Below are positions 13,456 through 27,659 of a DNA stretch of 64,000 nucleotides, piece by piece. Within the stretch, counting starts at the first letter, position 1. Every line of letters starts with the position of its first letter. This stretch comes from Epiperipatus broadwayi. Taxonomy: Eukaryota; Animalia; Onychophora. Where the stretch lies: contig JAQFVV010000006.1 of NCBI GenBank assembly GCA_028023455.1, positions 16,802,001 to 16,866,000 on the forward strand. Reading direction: 5' to 3'. The notes under the pieces are model-generated. The model did not search any database. It was not told where the DNA came from and saw only the letters and a list, made by a program, of their open reading frames with translations. A program made the translations under genes and the position numbers.

Positions 13456-14576
13456 TTATAATTTGACTAGATCTTTTAACAATTCAACCTTTTTATAAGA
13501 ATATTTTGCGAAAATTGTAGTTTTTGTGCAACCTATTTTTATATAGTAATAATAATAAAGAATAGAATAGAAATTGATTGATACTAATCTAACTAGCATT
13601 ATTAATATTTTAGTTACAGATAAAATAAATGAAAATGAGTTGATTATTATATAAAAAGAGATACTAAAGTGAAACACTTTTTTATTATTTGCTTTCTAAA
13701 AATTATTTTCCAATAAAATAAGGTGCAGTTACGTCTAATTATGAAGAAAAATGACTGGTCCCATTACTATTAGGAAATTTACTACCACTCAAACCTTAAT
13801 AGTTATTTCAGCCTTAATAACTTTCTATCACATCATTGACATCTCTCTGATTTTGTTTAATCTTCTGACGAAGTTCAGCAAAATACAGATGAAAATGTTT
13901 AATTTATAAAGGAAATAAATATATATCTGATATACACTTTCAGTAAAATTTACAAAAAAGTTCAGTTCAGTACAAACACTATATAGTTCTGAAATAAAAA
14001 AGTTATAAGAAATTGTTTTAAGGCAGTGACTTTCTATTAGTGATGATGATCACGAGTTATTTTGCATGATGTAGTCTTCTATGTCCTAGTTACTTTATCA
14101 TTTATTGGTCAAAGGTCTTAACATGCATGCATTAGAAAAATGTATATTATTTTTGATATATTCTTGCTTTTTTTTTTTTTATTTAACAAATTTTAATAAC
14201 ATAATATATTTCAAGAAGTTTACCATCAGAATTTCTTCCCATGTTTGCTTTACCAAAAATACAGAACAATGTATTGCTAAAACCAGCAAAGTATTATGTT
14301 TATAGCCAGGATTAAAATATAATTGCTCAAAATCATATTCATTTAAATCTGTGTGTATATTTAGAAATATTTCATTAATTAAACAATTATTTAATATTAA
14401 AAATTATTTATATTTCTATAAAAGTAAGTAGATATAAAATATTTATTTATACCTATTAGATATTGAAATGTTTAAATATTGTAAAAATACAGTTTTTCAC
14501 TATAAATTGTTTTTTTAACCCTTTACTGTACAAACTATATATAAAAGATAGATCATGGGTTAAAGTGCCCCACTAG

Positions 14577-17500
14577 ATTATTATATCTTCCTCATCTCAG
14601 GTAAAGGTCACATCATATTACAATCACATTTCTGGGTTTTTTTTTTACGTTCAGTGTTCATCTGATCAATTCAGTTTAACTGACGACCATTTTTGTAGTT
14701 AATGATAATAAGATTTCTATTTACAGACCAATACCGAAGAGCTAATTGGATTCAATATTGGCTGGTAATCCAAAAAATAAATCTTAAAGTTAATTTGTGA
14801 TAAAAATATTTCTAAAATTTAGCCTGTAGAGATACTAATAAATTTCATTTTGTGACGCAGAGAACAGACATATGCCATACTATATCAAGAAGTGCTCTTT
14901 GTAAACAACATATTCCAGTGAACAAGGTGCTTTTAAAAAAATATATATATATTTGTGCATTAAGTTCAATACAAAATGCAGCATTATGAGCACTTCATTT
15001 AGATATCTTTAGCTATTAGTTATTTACATATATATTTACATTAGATATGAGTAGTACTGTTTCTAATGTACATATCAAATTTTTAAAATTCATCATCAGT
15101 TAAATGTATATACAATGCAGTGCAAGCTTAAGTGTTTTTTTTAATTTTATATATAATTTTAAAATTTAAGTATATCTATAATACCACTAGACATCACAAG
15201 ACCACTATTCTTTATGCTTAAACAAGCTCTTAACACACAAAAAACTCTCCAAACAGTAATGTCACTCAGTGCAAGCTAGAGTAATCAATGGATGCAAGAA
15301 GGTTTGTGCATAAAATCCCCATCTACTGCTTATTAATCCAATATTTCCATACTAGTTTCTAGCTTGTGGCTTTCATCAGTGAGGAATTTTGAATCTGTGA
15401 GCATTGCACCTAGAACATAGAATCTAATGCAACCCTTTAGCAACCATCTTTTACATTTTTTGTTAACTATAATGCTTTGAGTCCAAAATGAAAACATAAT
15501 GTTTCAAATTTATGCTCAATTGCTTATATAGTCATATAGATCTGAATTCAGTTCAGCATCTAAACATTTTGATGTTTTTGGTTCTTTAATAACCAGTTAC
15601 TGTAAGCCTACTGGATTAATACTAATCATGCCCAGTAGGATTATCATGACTATGGTTATGAAAATACCATACACACCAAACTGACTAGATACTGAACGAG
15701 TTCAGATCTATATGACTATACAAGCAAATGAACTTGAATTGGAAACATTGAGTTTTTATTTTGGACCCAAAGCTTTATAGTTAACAAAAAAAAAAAAGAT
15801 AAAAGACGACTGCTTAATAAGATCACATGCAGTGCTCTTAGATGCAGCGTTCCTCACTGATAAAGCCACAACCTAAAAAACCTAGCCTGGGCATATTGGA
15901 TGAGTAAGCACTAGATAGAGATTTTATGCACAAACCTTGTAGCACCCATTAATTATTTTGGCATGCACTGAGTGGCATTAGAGTTTTGCCTCTGTGTATA
16001 TGTATAGTACATTCCAATATATATCTATAAGATATAAACTAGTATTTCTAATTTTCACCAGTTTTTTAAAATTCATCATAAAGGGGTCTTTCTGTGCCAT
16101 CGCAGGGGCTATAATATTAACACCTTGTGTCCCTTGTCTAACAAACAAGAAGAGTCCACGGATCACATACTTTCTCGATGTGATATGTAGACATATCTTC
16201 GAAACTTTCTGCTGAGGAAAATCACCGATCCTGATCAATCCTGTGTAACAATCAAGATGGCCTTTGAGATGGGTATATTCGGGATTATCAGATTGTGACA
16301 TATATAATCTTTGCCATATGGACTGTAAGATGTAAGGTGCTGTTTGAGAAAGGGATTGCCTACTCAGTTGAGGACCTTGTTAAATACCTCCTTAAAGCAA
16401 GGGAAATGGACAAGAGAACATGCATTTCTTCATTGACTGACCAAACATGGGGCCAATTGAGAATATAGGTCGACCTTTGACACCTGGGCCCATTGTATGG
16501 CTTTCTTAAACTATAGTAACTGATTTGCTTGCTCCATTACTATGTATTATATTTTATTGTATTTTGATCTATGACTCACAAATTTTGGTATCTATATTAC
16601 ATAAGTATATGCAATTCCATTATTGTATTGTAATTTTCCTTTTATGAATTTTCTAGTATTACTTTTGTTAGTCACCTGAACATGTTATTTGGCCTATCTA
16701 ATTAACTTATTATGACAATCATCCTTTGTATGATCCTAATATGAATTATTATATGATTTATCTTTGGCTTAAATGAATTTTGTAACCCCTTTTATGTCGA
16801 AGCCTATTTGCCCATTTGATTTACCATATGATATCTGTACTCATCTTGTTTATGTTAATTATTCAATAACTAAAACTATGTACTTAGTTTGATTTATTGT
16901 CTATATTCTCTTAATGGTGTAATTGCATCAACCTGTGTATTCTTGAAATTCTCAAATCCCAGTTGAATTTTGTAATTTACTGCTTTCCTTGTGTTATGCT
17001 TCTTCTATAAATAAAGTTTACTTTTGAAATAAATGGACTGCTTAGCATGGAAACCACTTTCGTCAAACCTATTTATTTTTTTTAACTATAATTTTCCAAG
17101 ATTTTATTAGGTAATGCCGTTAATGATAGATGAATAAAAGACTTGATAGCTTTTATTTAAAAATCTAATATTTATAAACATTCTAAGTAAAACATTTAAT
17201 TTTATAAAAAAGTTTGTTTTCTTATCAATACAAAACAGATGGCAGGAGTTAGTATCCAAAAATGTTACTAAATAATGAATCTGATATTATTAATGGTATA
17301 AAAAAAGTTATTAAGAATATGATGTGTGATTAAGCAATAGTTGTAAGTGATTTTTTGTATTATTTAATAAATCAGATAATTACTTTTTTTTCTTCTTATG
17401 TGTCATAGCATCAGCCAGGAAGTGAACCCGCTAACCCGGGACAACTGCTTGTAAAGCAGCTGTCGCTAACCTCTTGACCACCAATGCTTGACTATCAGAT

Positions 17501-19540
17501 AATGACTTGGTAAACATGTTTATGAATTATGCTTAATTTTTTATTCCATAATTAAGTTATTGTTCTTCAACTATCATAATAGACATAGTATCTGGTTCAG
17601 CATAGTAGTAGAATAATATAGCTAAGAGCCAAAAGTTTTTGAATAGATTTTCAGTGGGGTAAATAAAACAAGATTCTCATTATAGTCAATTGAAGGAAAT
17701 TTTTGTGATATAAAAATAATGGATTACTTGGTTGTTTCAAACGTCTCAAATGTCAGGCTGACTTATGATCTAAAAAGCTTTAGCTTTCCCATTGCAAAAA
17801 AAAAAAAAACAACAACTGCTGTGTTAACCTAAAATATCTTTTTTTTCCAGAATTGAATATTATATATCAGGGGTTCGAATTCAGACTTTCACACGACCCT
17901 CAACTCTCCATGCTATCTCATATTGCTGACTCACCTGATCACACACGTTGAAAAGATAAATAATCACCAATATACGTTTCATGCTAAACCAGTAGTCATC
18001 ATTTGGTCCAGATTACTATCTCTACACATTTATATACAATCAGTGCTCAGCTTTATATTAAGATAGCTAATCTTCATAGGACAGGCTTCAAACTTCTACA
18101 ACCCACAGCTTTTGAGCCACCCATTTTATTGAAAATCTGATGATGGAATGTTCAAAGCCCACGTTAATGCCAAGGTTGTCATTTTACCCATGTAAACGTT
18201 AGTCATTCTGACCCCTCATGTACCGGAGAATCCACTTGCATACATATGCGAGGGATCGGTAGACTTAAATATTAAAAGTTTTACTTGTTGTTTAAATCCA
18301 CAAAATAAAGTCTTTTTGATAGTTAACTTTTTTTTCTAATTTTTTATCAGCTACATATTTTGTCTTGAATTCCATATATATTAACCAACTATCAGCACAA
18401 GAATTCAGATCATCCTCTCTCATCATGCTTGTATTTTATAAACAATCTTTACTCTATTAGTAAAAGACTTAAATATCCAATCCCATATGCCCATGATGGC
18501 GTTTTTATCATACTACATACTTGCAGATTAGAGATTGATTTCTATTTACTTTTAACACCCTGTGGAAGAGTAAGTAATTGTTGTGCTATAGAGATATTTT
18601 GAAATTTTTATCAGCACAGTACTTGTTTTAAATCCTACCATATTATAACATCCACCACTGCAAACACTCAAACTATCCCACCTGACTACATTTATATCAT
18701 AAATAATCTCCATTTGTTAGATGAGTTGAGTCATCAAACATCTGAATTTCAGTGTCCAATTGATAGTTTTCATTATTTTTTAAATAATATTGCGAATTAG
18801 CCAAATAGACTAATATTTAAATAATATTATTAATTTTAAACAATGGTAGACACATAATCTTTTCCCATATATACATATATGAATTCTTGACTCATTTATT
18901 GGAAACATTGGAACGCTTACATTTCAGAAACATAAATTTAGTTTACTTAAAGTATGAAGGATTTATGTGTATAATATATATGTAAATATGAAAACATTTA
19001 TAAAGCTTTTTATTTATAGTAATTTTTTTATGAACAAGGAATTTAAACACCATTTGATTTATTACATTTGTGTTAATTTAACTACTTCCTACAGAAAATT
19101 CTTATTACTCTTATTGATAATATAAATGTTTTTATTATATGAAAAAATGCATGTACTGTTTTAATTCAACTTTTCACACACATTCAAATGCTGGCATTCG
19201 CTGCTTATGTTTCAGTAAGTTAAACACACACACTCATACACATTACTGTACAAGGTTGGACAGAACAATAGGAAATAGAAATGCATATTAATGTAATTTT
19301 TATAAAATGTAGAATTCTAAGGAGATTTAATATGGAATATTTGGCAGGAAATTAATGTCAGGGAGCAATTAAAAAAGTTCATATTGATTGATTAAGTGGA
19401 TAATTGATATCTAAATTTGCCAAATTATTTATTTTGCTTAACAGTTTCAAGACTGGCAACCAGAATTTCAATTAGTGCTTAATCAGAACGACTTAATACT
19501 TATGAAGGATTATATCCAAATCACCAGCGCACAAAGATAG
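14577..19540 (+). CDS. Candidate spliced host-gene fragment (exons 14577-14600, 14727-14764, 14861-14926, 19445-19540), product unrecognised
   Basis: Canonical GT-AG sites, 126- and 96-nt introns, TACTAAT branch-like motif at ~14833. Phases join into xYYIFLISDQYRRANWIQYWLRTDICHTISRSALCKQHIPVNKFQDWQPEFQLVLNQNDLILMKDYIQITSAQR*. No homology recognised. Confidence 0.35.
15181..15995. mobile_element. Older family-A HHR insertion, head-to-head inverted pair
   Basis: Minus-sense ~15181-15610, plus-sense ~15620-15995. The minus HHR at 15346-15384 retains CTGATGA/GAAAC with stem II AGC/GCT. Possible TSD GTATATCTATA (15170-15180) / GTATATGTATA (15996-16006). Confidence 0.75.
16080..17030 (+). mobile_element. 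L1/Tx1-type LINE 3' fragment (zf-RVT region plus ~600-nt 3'UTR)
   Basis: Frameshifted CP.CL...EESTDHILSRC...YIIFAIWTVRCKVLF matches the C-terminus at 58112-58666; AATAAA-containing end at ~17010-17030. Confidence 0.75.
17396..17492 (-). mobile_element. Diverged copy of the short tRNA-derived SINE
   Basis: Reverse complement aligns to 8245-8349. Confidence 0.75.
17860..18270 (-). mobile_element. Family-C HHR repeat, near-complete monomer
   Basis: Aligns to 46949-47420 and 54292-54670. HHR remnant at 17965-18006 (C3 mutated to A). B-box-like motif at ~17870-17883. Confidence 0.75.
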
Positions 19541-22500
19541 TAGAACAATTTATTGAAGAAGTCAGCATATACATGAATATTTTAATGTCTACCCAAACAA
19601 TTTTCTGTGAGCTTAACACGTGAGATGGCATTTTCAAAGCAGCTAGTTGCTTTGTGATTGTTTATAATGTGAAGCCATTAATGTTATGATTTAATCAGTT
19701 GGATTATTATATTCTGCATTACTACGTTACATGTGCATATTGTTTGAACAATTTTGAAAGACAAATTGGTCATTTGGTATGTCCGTTATTTCCAGATAAC
19801 ACTCATTTCCACTACCACTGGTAATTTTTATAGCACGTACTATCAAATATTGATTTCAGAACCAGAATAATGTTCATAAAACATCTCTTGGGGGATTTTA
19901 TCAATCACTAAAGTGCAAAGTTGATATTTTCTATTGATATCTGTCTTAGAACTGGAAATATTTTCTTAAAAGGAAGATATCGCTTAATTGGTGTTTGATT
20001 TTATTGCATGTAAACAAAAAACATATCATGGGTATTGCATTTATTTTGTTCCAGCCATTGCATATATTGATAGCACATATTTTTAAAAGGTGTGTGTGTA
20101 TAACATTCCTGCATTTGATATTCATTGACATATATTATGATTGTTGATCATATCACAGTACTCATGCACGAAAAAGTCATGGCAAATTGCAAGCATCAGC
20201 TTCTTTTAAAAACTAGTCATTGTTGTATACAATTACATTTAAAACACAAGCAAACAAATATTTACATTTTAAATTTTTTAAAAAAATGTATGCTCACAGG
20301 TTTCACTAGACTAAAAATATAACATTTGAAGACACTTGGACATTATACAATATGCCAAACTAACGGGGGGGGGGGCTAACAATCAGATAACAAATATTTG
20401 AAAGATCTAATGTTCACACCATATTGGGCAACATAGACTCATCAGAACCCAAATGGAAATAACAAGATAGTTAGAACAACAATGTAAACCCCAATTGTAT
20501 GATTACACATCACTGTATACATTAGAAATAATAAATTATTATTGAAACTAAAAATATAATTGTTTTGATATGGAAGCAATGGCACATTATATATGAATAA
20601 TAAGAGGTTTATTACATAAAATGAAACTTAGGCACATTATTAATGATAACGTTGAAGACATACTCAATACATTTTTTGTAAAAATTATTTTTAAAGCACG
20701 AAAAAGACATCTTTTCTAAATAAATCGGTCGATTCCATAAAATGAGGTTAATGTCACATTGTGTAAACAGTATTAAAAAACCAATTAAAATGTATGTTAA
20801 CAATAATATTTGCCATCACCAACAGGGATAGGTGGTAACGACTGCGTTTTGAAAAACACTTCTTTTGATCGATAAGCAATTTATCTAATAAAAGATAAAT
20901 AATTTTCAGACAATTGTAGAAGAATTGACAAAGAGTTGATTAATTATTACTGATATTTGAAATCAAGTTGAAGGTAGAAGTAAAAGAGAATCCTATAGCA
21001 ATGACTATAAGATGACTAGTTGAGCATAATATTGGGGATGTTAATTATGATGAGGAGAAGAGAAAAAGTTAAACTTTTTATTATATTTCTTAACCAGAGC
21101 TACAAATTTTTCTTATTGAAACTGTTGTGGCCCGCAAGATGATTCATTAGAGATTTCTTGTAATGTGCTGACCTTCAGCTTTATATTGTGTAGTTCCTTG
21201 GAAATGAAAGGATATTGAGATAAAAAAACTTGAAATGATAATCTCCTACCTGTTTGATGGCCTGACATGTTAACCTAAACTATAAGAAGCATAATTCAAT
21301 AACATGCCTATATTCATGAAATAAACTAATAACCAAGCAAGACGCTATACCAAGATAATTATGCTGGAAACTCAAATAATACTCTACTTATTTTGGATTT
21401 CATTACAGAAGACAGAATTTTCTTCTTGTTTTCTACCATGTAACTTTAAATTCTTTTAAAACCTGATATAAAATATTTTCAGAATAATGAAAATAAGTTT
21501 GAAATTTAAAAAAGTACCTTTAAAAATAACAAAAGTTAATATATCTGCTTGCTATTTAGAGCCAAAAGTAACACTAAAATATTGATCCACTACCTTCTAT
21601 CAGAACCATTCAAGGTAAAATTACAATGCAAATATCAATATATAGATTGTTCAAATGCTATCATAAAGGTCTTTGGGGGAATCCATTGTAATCATCCATG
21701 CTATTGATTGAGTCATCAATGACTGAAAAAGAAATTAATGTTTGAATTTAAGTTTCAAAGTTTTTTGGGTCAGATTTACAAAAGGGTTGACATTAGTTGC
21801 AGATAATGACGCTAGGTGTAATAAAATATTATTTAGAATTGACAGCACATAAATTAAAAAAAAAAAAAATGCAAATAAAATGAAAAAAGAATGATAATAG
21901 TTGGTAAAAAGAGCTAATTAAGACTGTGCATTGGGCAGAAAGTTAAAAACAGGTTAATGGTATTAAATTTATGGAAGTTAGTCATTTGATAGCTATAGTT
22001 TATTGCAGTCATATTGGGTACCTCAATAATGAGTTATATTACTGATAAACAAAGTCATGAAAATTATATAGACGAGTATATCATTAGCTTGAAAACATGA
22101 TAGTCAAAAAAGATTGCTTAATGACAGTGTGCACACAGTCCCTTTTGTATTGATGAGGACAGATCATTTGAAACTAATCAAAATCTGTTTTGTCCACTAC
22201 CACATATCCATTGATTTTTAAGGATTGCATGGATGACCAGAGCTGATCCAATGGGAAAGGCGATGTCATATTTGAATATATATATTACATTTATTATTTT
22301 ATTCATAATAAGCCTTTTTAATAAGTTTAAAATGAATACTTTTTTAAGATTTGCCTCAGGCGACAAAATTATCAGCCATCCCCTGTGGATAATTCAAAAT
22401 TAGTTGAATGTAAAGTAGTTTAATTAACAAATTGATATAGATTAATAAAAGAGAGAGTTTCGTTTTTAAATTATTAATCATTTTTGTTGTTGTATTTAAA

Positions 22501-24024
22501 CAAATTGTTTAATAAATACAATTATTTATAATTTTTATCGTTTACTGTCTCTAAAAAAATCATTTCAAATTATTAAAAAAAAACGATTTTGTTTGTATAT
22601 TAAAACCACGTGATTAATGTTGTTAAAAATTATTCATCTTATTGGCTTGATGCCAAATTTATTTATATATATTTTAAATAGCCGTGATTTTTTTATTTTT
22701 TTTTATATGTAAATAAAATTTTTGGTGTATTTTATTTAAAGCGTAATGCGCTATTGTAGGGAAAAAATATTTGAAATATATTAACTTTAATGTGATTTTA
22801 TATATATATACAAACTTGATATATATATATTATCATTTTGTTTTAACTAAATTTAAAAATGGAAAATGATTCAGAAATTATTTACATATATATATTTTTT
22901 GGGGAAAAAAATTGAAATAAGATATAATTTATATTATACCTGGTGAGACAAAAGTTACTTTTTAAAAAATTTATTGTAATATAATTTTGTTTATAAATGT
23001 TTAATTTTTGTAATTTTTCCAAAAAACTTGAATTTTAAGAAGAGGGGATTGTTGATTAGTCTTAAACTAATGATGTGTTCTTTTGTACTTTGGAGAAGGG
23101 TGTGTATGTGCGCGCGCCCGTGTGCGTGTGTGTTATAACTAAAGTTTAAAAGGCTAGGTGAAGAAGGTTTTCAAGAATCAAAACGAAAGAATTACACCAG
23201 AATTTCGTGAGTCGAAAAATGATCTGGATTGAGAACTTTACTACTTTTTTGTTAATAGATATTAATTCTGTTAGGGAGAAGAAAGTTATATTTGATTTAT
23301 TTTTATTATTACTTTGCTGTTATTTAGTCAGAACATAATTATATTAATAAAATATGTTATTAAGATGACGTTATTACAAAAATAACTTTACGATGTAAAC
23401 CAAGTTTTGATCCATTCTATATTTGTAAAATTATAAAACTGAAAATAGGTTTAAATAACATTAACTTTGCTGTTATTTGAAGTCATTGTAGTAGCATCTC
23501 TTTGTAATGCTTTAAATTATCTTCATCAATATGCATTTCACATCTGAGTGTGAGAATTATGCCAATTTTTTTTTTTTTTAAAATCTCTCTGTTTATTTAA
23601 AGTATTCACATATATACAAATGATTTTCTAAATTTTTATGTCTAAATATGTACATATTTTTGTGGTAATTAATTCGGATATTATGGCAAAGTTTTAAAGA
23701 AAGGTTTAAAATTACTTTGTATTGTGATGCTTCTTTATAATGTAATAAATATTTTGATTATTATACATTATTTAAGCATGGAAACTGCTTAACTTCCATG
23801 TGAACAATCAAAGAGATTAATTTTGCAAAATTTAATTTTCCTATATATATATAGCTTGAATGATATTTTTGGCCAAATGTAGTTATTTTTTTAACAAATT
23901 TATTGCTAAAAATAATCTTTAACATAAAAGAATTATAAAAATCAGAAATTTATTTAAAGAAATTCCTAAAATCTCCAACCAACTAATTAAAGTCTTTATT
24001 TCTCTGTTCTGCATTTCACATTAT

Positions 24025-24065
24025 CGCTATGAATATGAGGCAAACGGCCTCGAAAGCGCTTAGCG
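24025..24065 (+). ncRNA. Degenerate Penelope-type minimal type I hammerhead motif (distinct from families A and C)
   Basis: CGCT-ATGAATA-T-GAGGC[AAACG]GCCTC-GAAAGCGCTT-AGCG: perfect 5-bp stem II, palindromic stem III (AAGCGCTT), stem I CGCT/AGCG; two core mismatches vs CTGAAGA. Confidence 0.55.
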
Positions 24066-26874
24066 TTTAATATTTTTTGCACTCTCTATAGCTTCTCTTT
24101 CATGCGCTTCACACGCTTTTAATTTTATATATTAAACCATGTTGCTCCTGAAATTTCAATTTATCATATAATCACTCCCTTGTAAACCTTTTTCTAACTG
24201 TATTTGTATGTTTTTTTTTTTGATGAATAAACTTTCATCACTGAGAAAAAAAAGAAATAAAAAACAAGACTTATCTAAAAATGAAAAAAATTGGAAAAGT
24301 CAGAATTTTATTTTAGTGAGAAAAAATATTTTATTTTTATAATTGTGAGAATAATGTCCCCCTCTCCCCCACAATGTAATAAAAATATTAAAATTAAGTA
24401 TATATTTATTAAATAAAAGCAACTTTTAAATGATCACAAACAACATGTAAAACAAAACAAAAAAAAACAACTTCTGGAATCATTTCTGCTTGATAAATAA
24501 AATATGAATGTGTGCTACCATTTTGAGAGAATTGAGTTCTCTCATTTACCTTTGAACTATGGAACTTTTTATTTTTTACTGATAACTTTTGCCATCTATT
24601 AATAAAATCAAATCTAAAACATATATTCTTTAGGAATAATTTAGACATATTTATAGCAAGATTGCAATAAAAATATCAACATATAGACCTTATAGCCTCT
24701 TCAGGATTCAACTCTTTTCTTATTCCAATAGGCCTTAGTGAGATTTCCCTCTATATTTGAACATTTTTTTTTTTTATAATTAAAGCTTTTTTCTATATCA
24801 TATATTGGAAATCTTTATTTATTACAAATGTAAGTTTTCAAATGAGGTATTCTCCAAGTTAATGTTTGAACTTTGTAAGATAGGAAAATAAAATACTAAA
24901 TGGAGACCATTACAGTAAGAATTGTACCTTGTGGGATTGGATGTATTTTATCTATTCAAAAGTTAGTAGGAGAAAATGTTAGATATTTGAATTCCATTTT
25001 TTAAATTTAAAAGAAATTTAGGGTTAGTTCATCATTAAAGAAAGAAAAGGTATTTTAAAAGTAAACATTAAAATTATCATTATTAAAATGAAAAAAAAAA
25101 ACTTCAGGCATTGACAACTATTCTGCTACCCATTAAAAACAGTTTTCACTTTTTCATAACAAATGTTTTAAGAGTTGTCATTAAAAAAAAACAAATCCTT
25201 TCAATTAAAATCTAATTGTAGTCATATGGTTTTGATTTAAAATGAATATTTTAGAAAAGTATCGCATAAATAATCTTTAATATGTAAACAAATTATGGAA
25301 AAGTGCAATTTTTTTTCCAAATATGGACAATTGAAAATTTCACCTGAGGTGAAACATTCCACTAATCAGAAGTTATAATTTCCATTGATATCAAAATGAG
25401 GCAAATCTGAAGTCATTGTTATGCAAATTACATATTGTAATTTTCTAAAGGACCATCTGATGCTGACATCTTCAGATTTTTTAAAATAATAATTTTAAAG
25501 TAATTGCAGTAAAATAAAACTACATACTTTAATCTAAATTTATAGATGTAAGGAAGAAAAGATATAGCAATTGCAGCATCATCATGATGCCCAAAACAAC
25601 AGATACAGCTTGGTATTGCTGTCATTATGACAGAACATATTAAATGCTACCTATGGTACCTTACATAATTTCTGAGGTAAATCACAGTTTGCCATGAAAT
25701 AGTTAAAACATTTGAAATATGACACATTTATAATTGTTAATTGAAAAAAGAAATGGAAAAAAGTGTGAGCAAACTCTAAATTCTAGCAGCAAACTAATTT
25801 ATTTTATATCTTTGTTTTACTGTTTAAAAGAGAAAAAAAGTAGTGGGTACCTAGCTTTTATTTATCAGTAAAAAAATTATATTTTTTTAAATGTTGAATT
25901 ATTTGTTTCTCTTTATTTTTATGTTTTTAAAAATAAATATGAATATATGTATTTTTAAAACTGTTATTTATAAAATTGTTAACTACAGGGCATCCATTAT
26001 TTTAAGTACTATTAAATAATGTTTATCTGAATGTTTGTGGTAGTATTTTAGTTGTATTTATATGTTGGAACTTTCTATAATTACTATTAATTGTTAAATA
26101 TTTCTTTTCAAATACAGTAAATTGTTAGTAATAGCTCACAGATTAATGTATAACATTTTTTAAGTAGTAGTATTCTCTTTATTTTAAATGTTGCTAGGAA
26201 TACTAACATGGGAATTGAATTCTGGACCAAATAAATGTAAAAAATAATGAGCTTTATAATTACATTTTCATTATTGCATCATTTTAAATACGCTCTTTTA
26301 AAAAAGGTATTTTAAAATATCTTTGCAATGAAATTTCTCTTCCCTTACAAATCAGATTAAGCAAACATTTACAATTTATATTACCATATATTGTTTTTTG
26401 CTTTAATTCCTTTTTAATTATAAATATTTAGTTAATTGTATTTACAGAGTGTGTAATCAAATGTAAGTTGTTAAATTATAATATGGAAAAATAGCTTTTG
26501 ACCACCACTACCACCATCATCATAATAATAGTAATAATAATTATCATCATCATCATCATCATCATCATTTTTAGTTGAGGAACTTGGATTTATAATATAG
26601 CTATGATTTTAGTCGAGTAAACTTTTTACCTATGCATATAACACCTTCTTGCAAACTCTGATTATATATCTATTAGACTTGATCAGCATATTAATTATGA
26701 ATTTGATTTATCTGAATAAGCCATTACAGATCATTTTGCAATTCTTTTGTAGTTGTCTATAGTTTATAATAATCCAGTTGTCTATAAGTATGTTAATAAA
26801 TTATCATGTTGAATTAAATAATTTGTTATCCATTCATAGCTGGGATTGTATTTTTGGCTTGGGTAAAGTCATCA

Positions 26875-27260
26875 TTATCATCATCATCATCAATTCACTG
26901 CAGGATGAAGGTCTCTCCAAGTTCAATCCATCTTCTCCAATCTTTATATTCTCTTCTTTACATCACCCCTGCACACGTTCTCATCTCATCCATCCATCTC
27001 ACACGTGGTCTCTTTCTGGGTCTTTTACAATCTCTTGGAATTCAATTTAAGACTTCAATTGTCCATCTACTATCATCTCTTCTAGCAATATGTCCAGCCC
27101 AACTCCACTTCAATCTTTTAATTTTTTCAATGAGGTCAGTAACACCTATTTGTTTTCTTACCCATACATTGCGTTTTCGATCTCTTCTCGTTACTCCTAG
27201 CATGCATCTCTCCATACTTCTTTGAGTGGTCTGAAGTCTCTGTATTGCTCTTCTATTAAG
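26875..27260 (-). mobile_element. RTE-clade LINE 3' end
   Basis: Same 3' sequence as 6400-6760; (GAT)n tail at ~26875-26890. Confidence 0.85.
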
Positions 27261-27659
27261 TGGATAATGTAGACAGGATATTTTTATAATTTTAGAATAT
27301 TTGTATTTCTTTAATCGATAAAGTGACTTAAGTATTAAATTGAATAATAAAAGTAGAAAATATTTTCCTTGTGTATCCGATCAATTTATTAAAAAAAAAA
27401 ACAAATTATCAAAATGTTCTGGTAGTTTGATAGCTTTGAAGTGACCTAATAGAGAAATTAAACACAATATTAAAGTAGTTACATCAAGTTATTATATGGA
27501 ACTTCTTTGTAATAAAAGTATTTCTCTGAAATGCAAAACAACTCTTCGATTAAAAAATCCTCTAATCAAATTTATTTTATTAAAAATAATAATATATTAA
27601 AAGTATGGGACTGATATTTTTAATAATTTTATTAAGTGTATGTCACACATGGAACCATC

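Noticed and set aside
13860-13895. CTGACGAAG...CAAAATAC hammerhead-like string
   Set aside because: No stable stem II or III and no valid cleavage triplet.
18130-18160. CTGATGA/CTGAGGA...CAAAG motif on the antisense strand of family C (also ~47265)
   Set aside because: Lacks G12 in both copies and has no convincing stem I or III.
18380-18720. Possible piggyBac C-terminal remnant on the minus strand
   Set aside because: Only vague motif resemblance across frameshifts; no TTAA-bounded TIR seen.
19450-19830. Alternative frame with DGIFKAASCF, reminiscent of the MULE DGTFK motif
   Set aside because: Multiple stops, no downstream CxFH motif and no TIRs.
25340-25690. Exon-like cluster on either strand
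   Set aside because: No frame stays open across the candidate splice sites.
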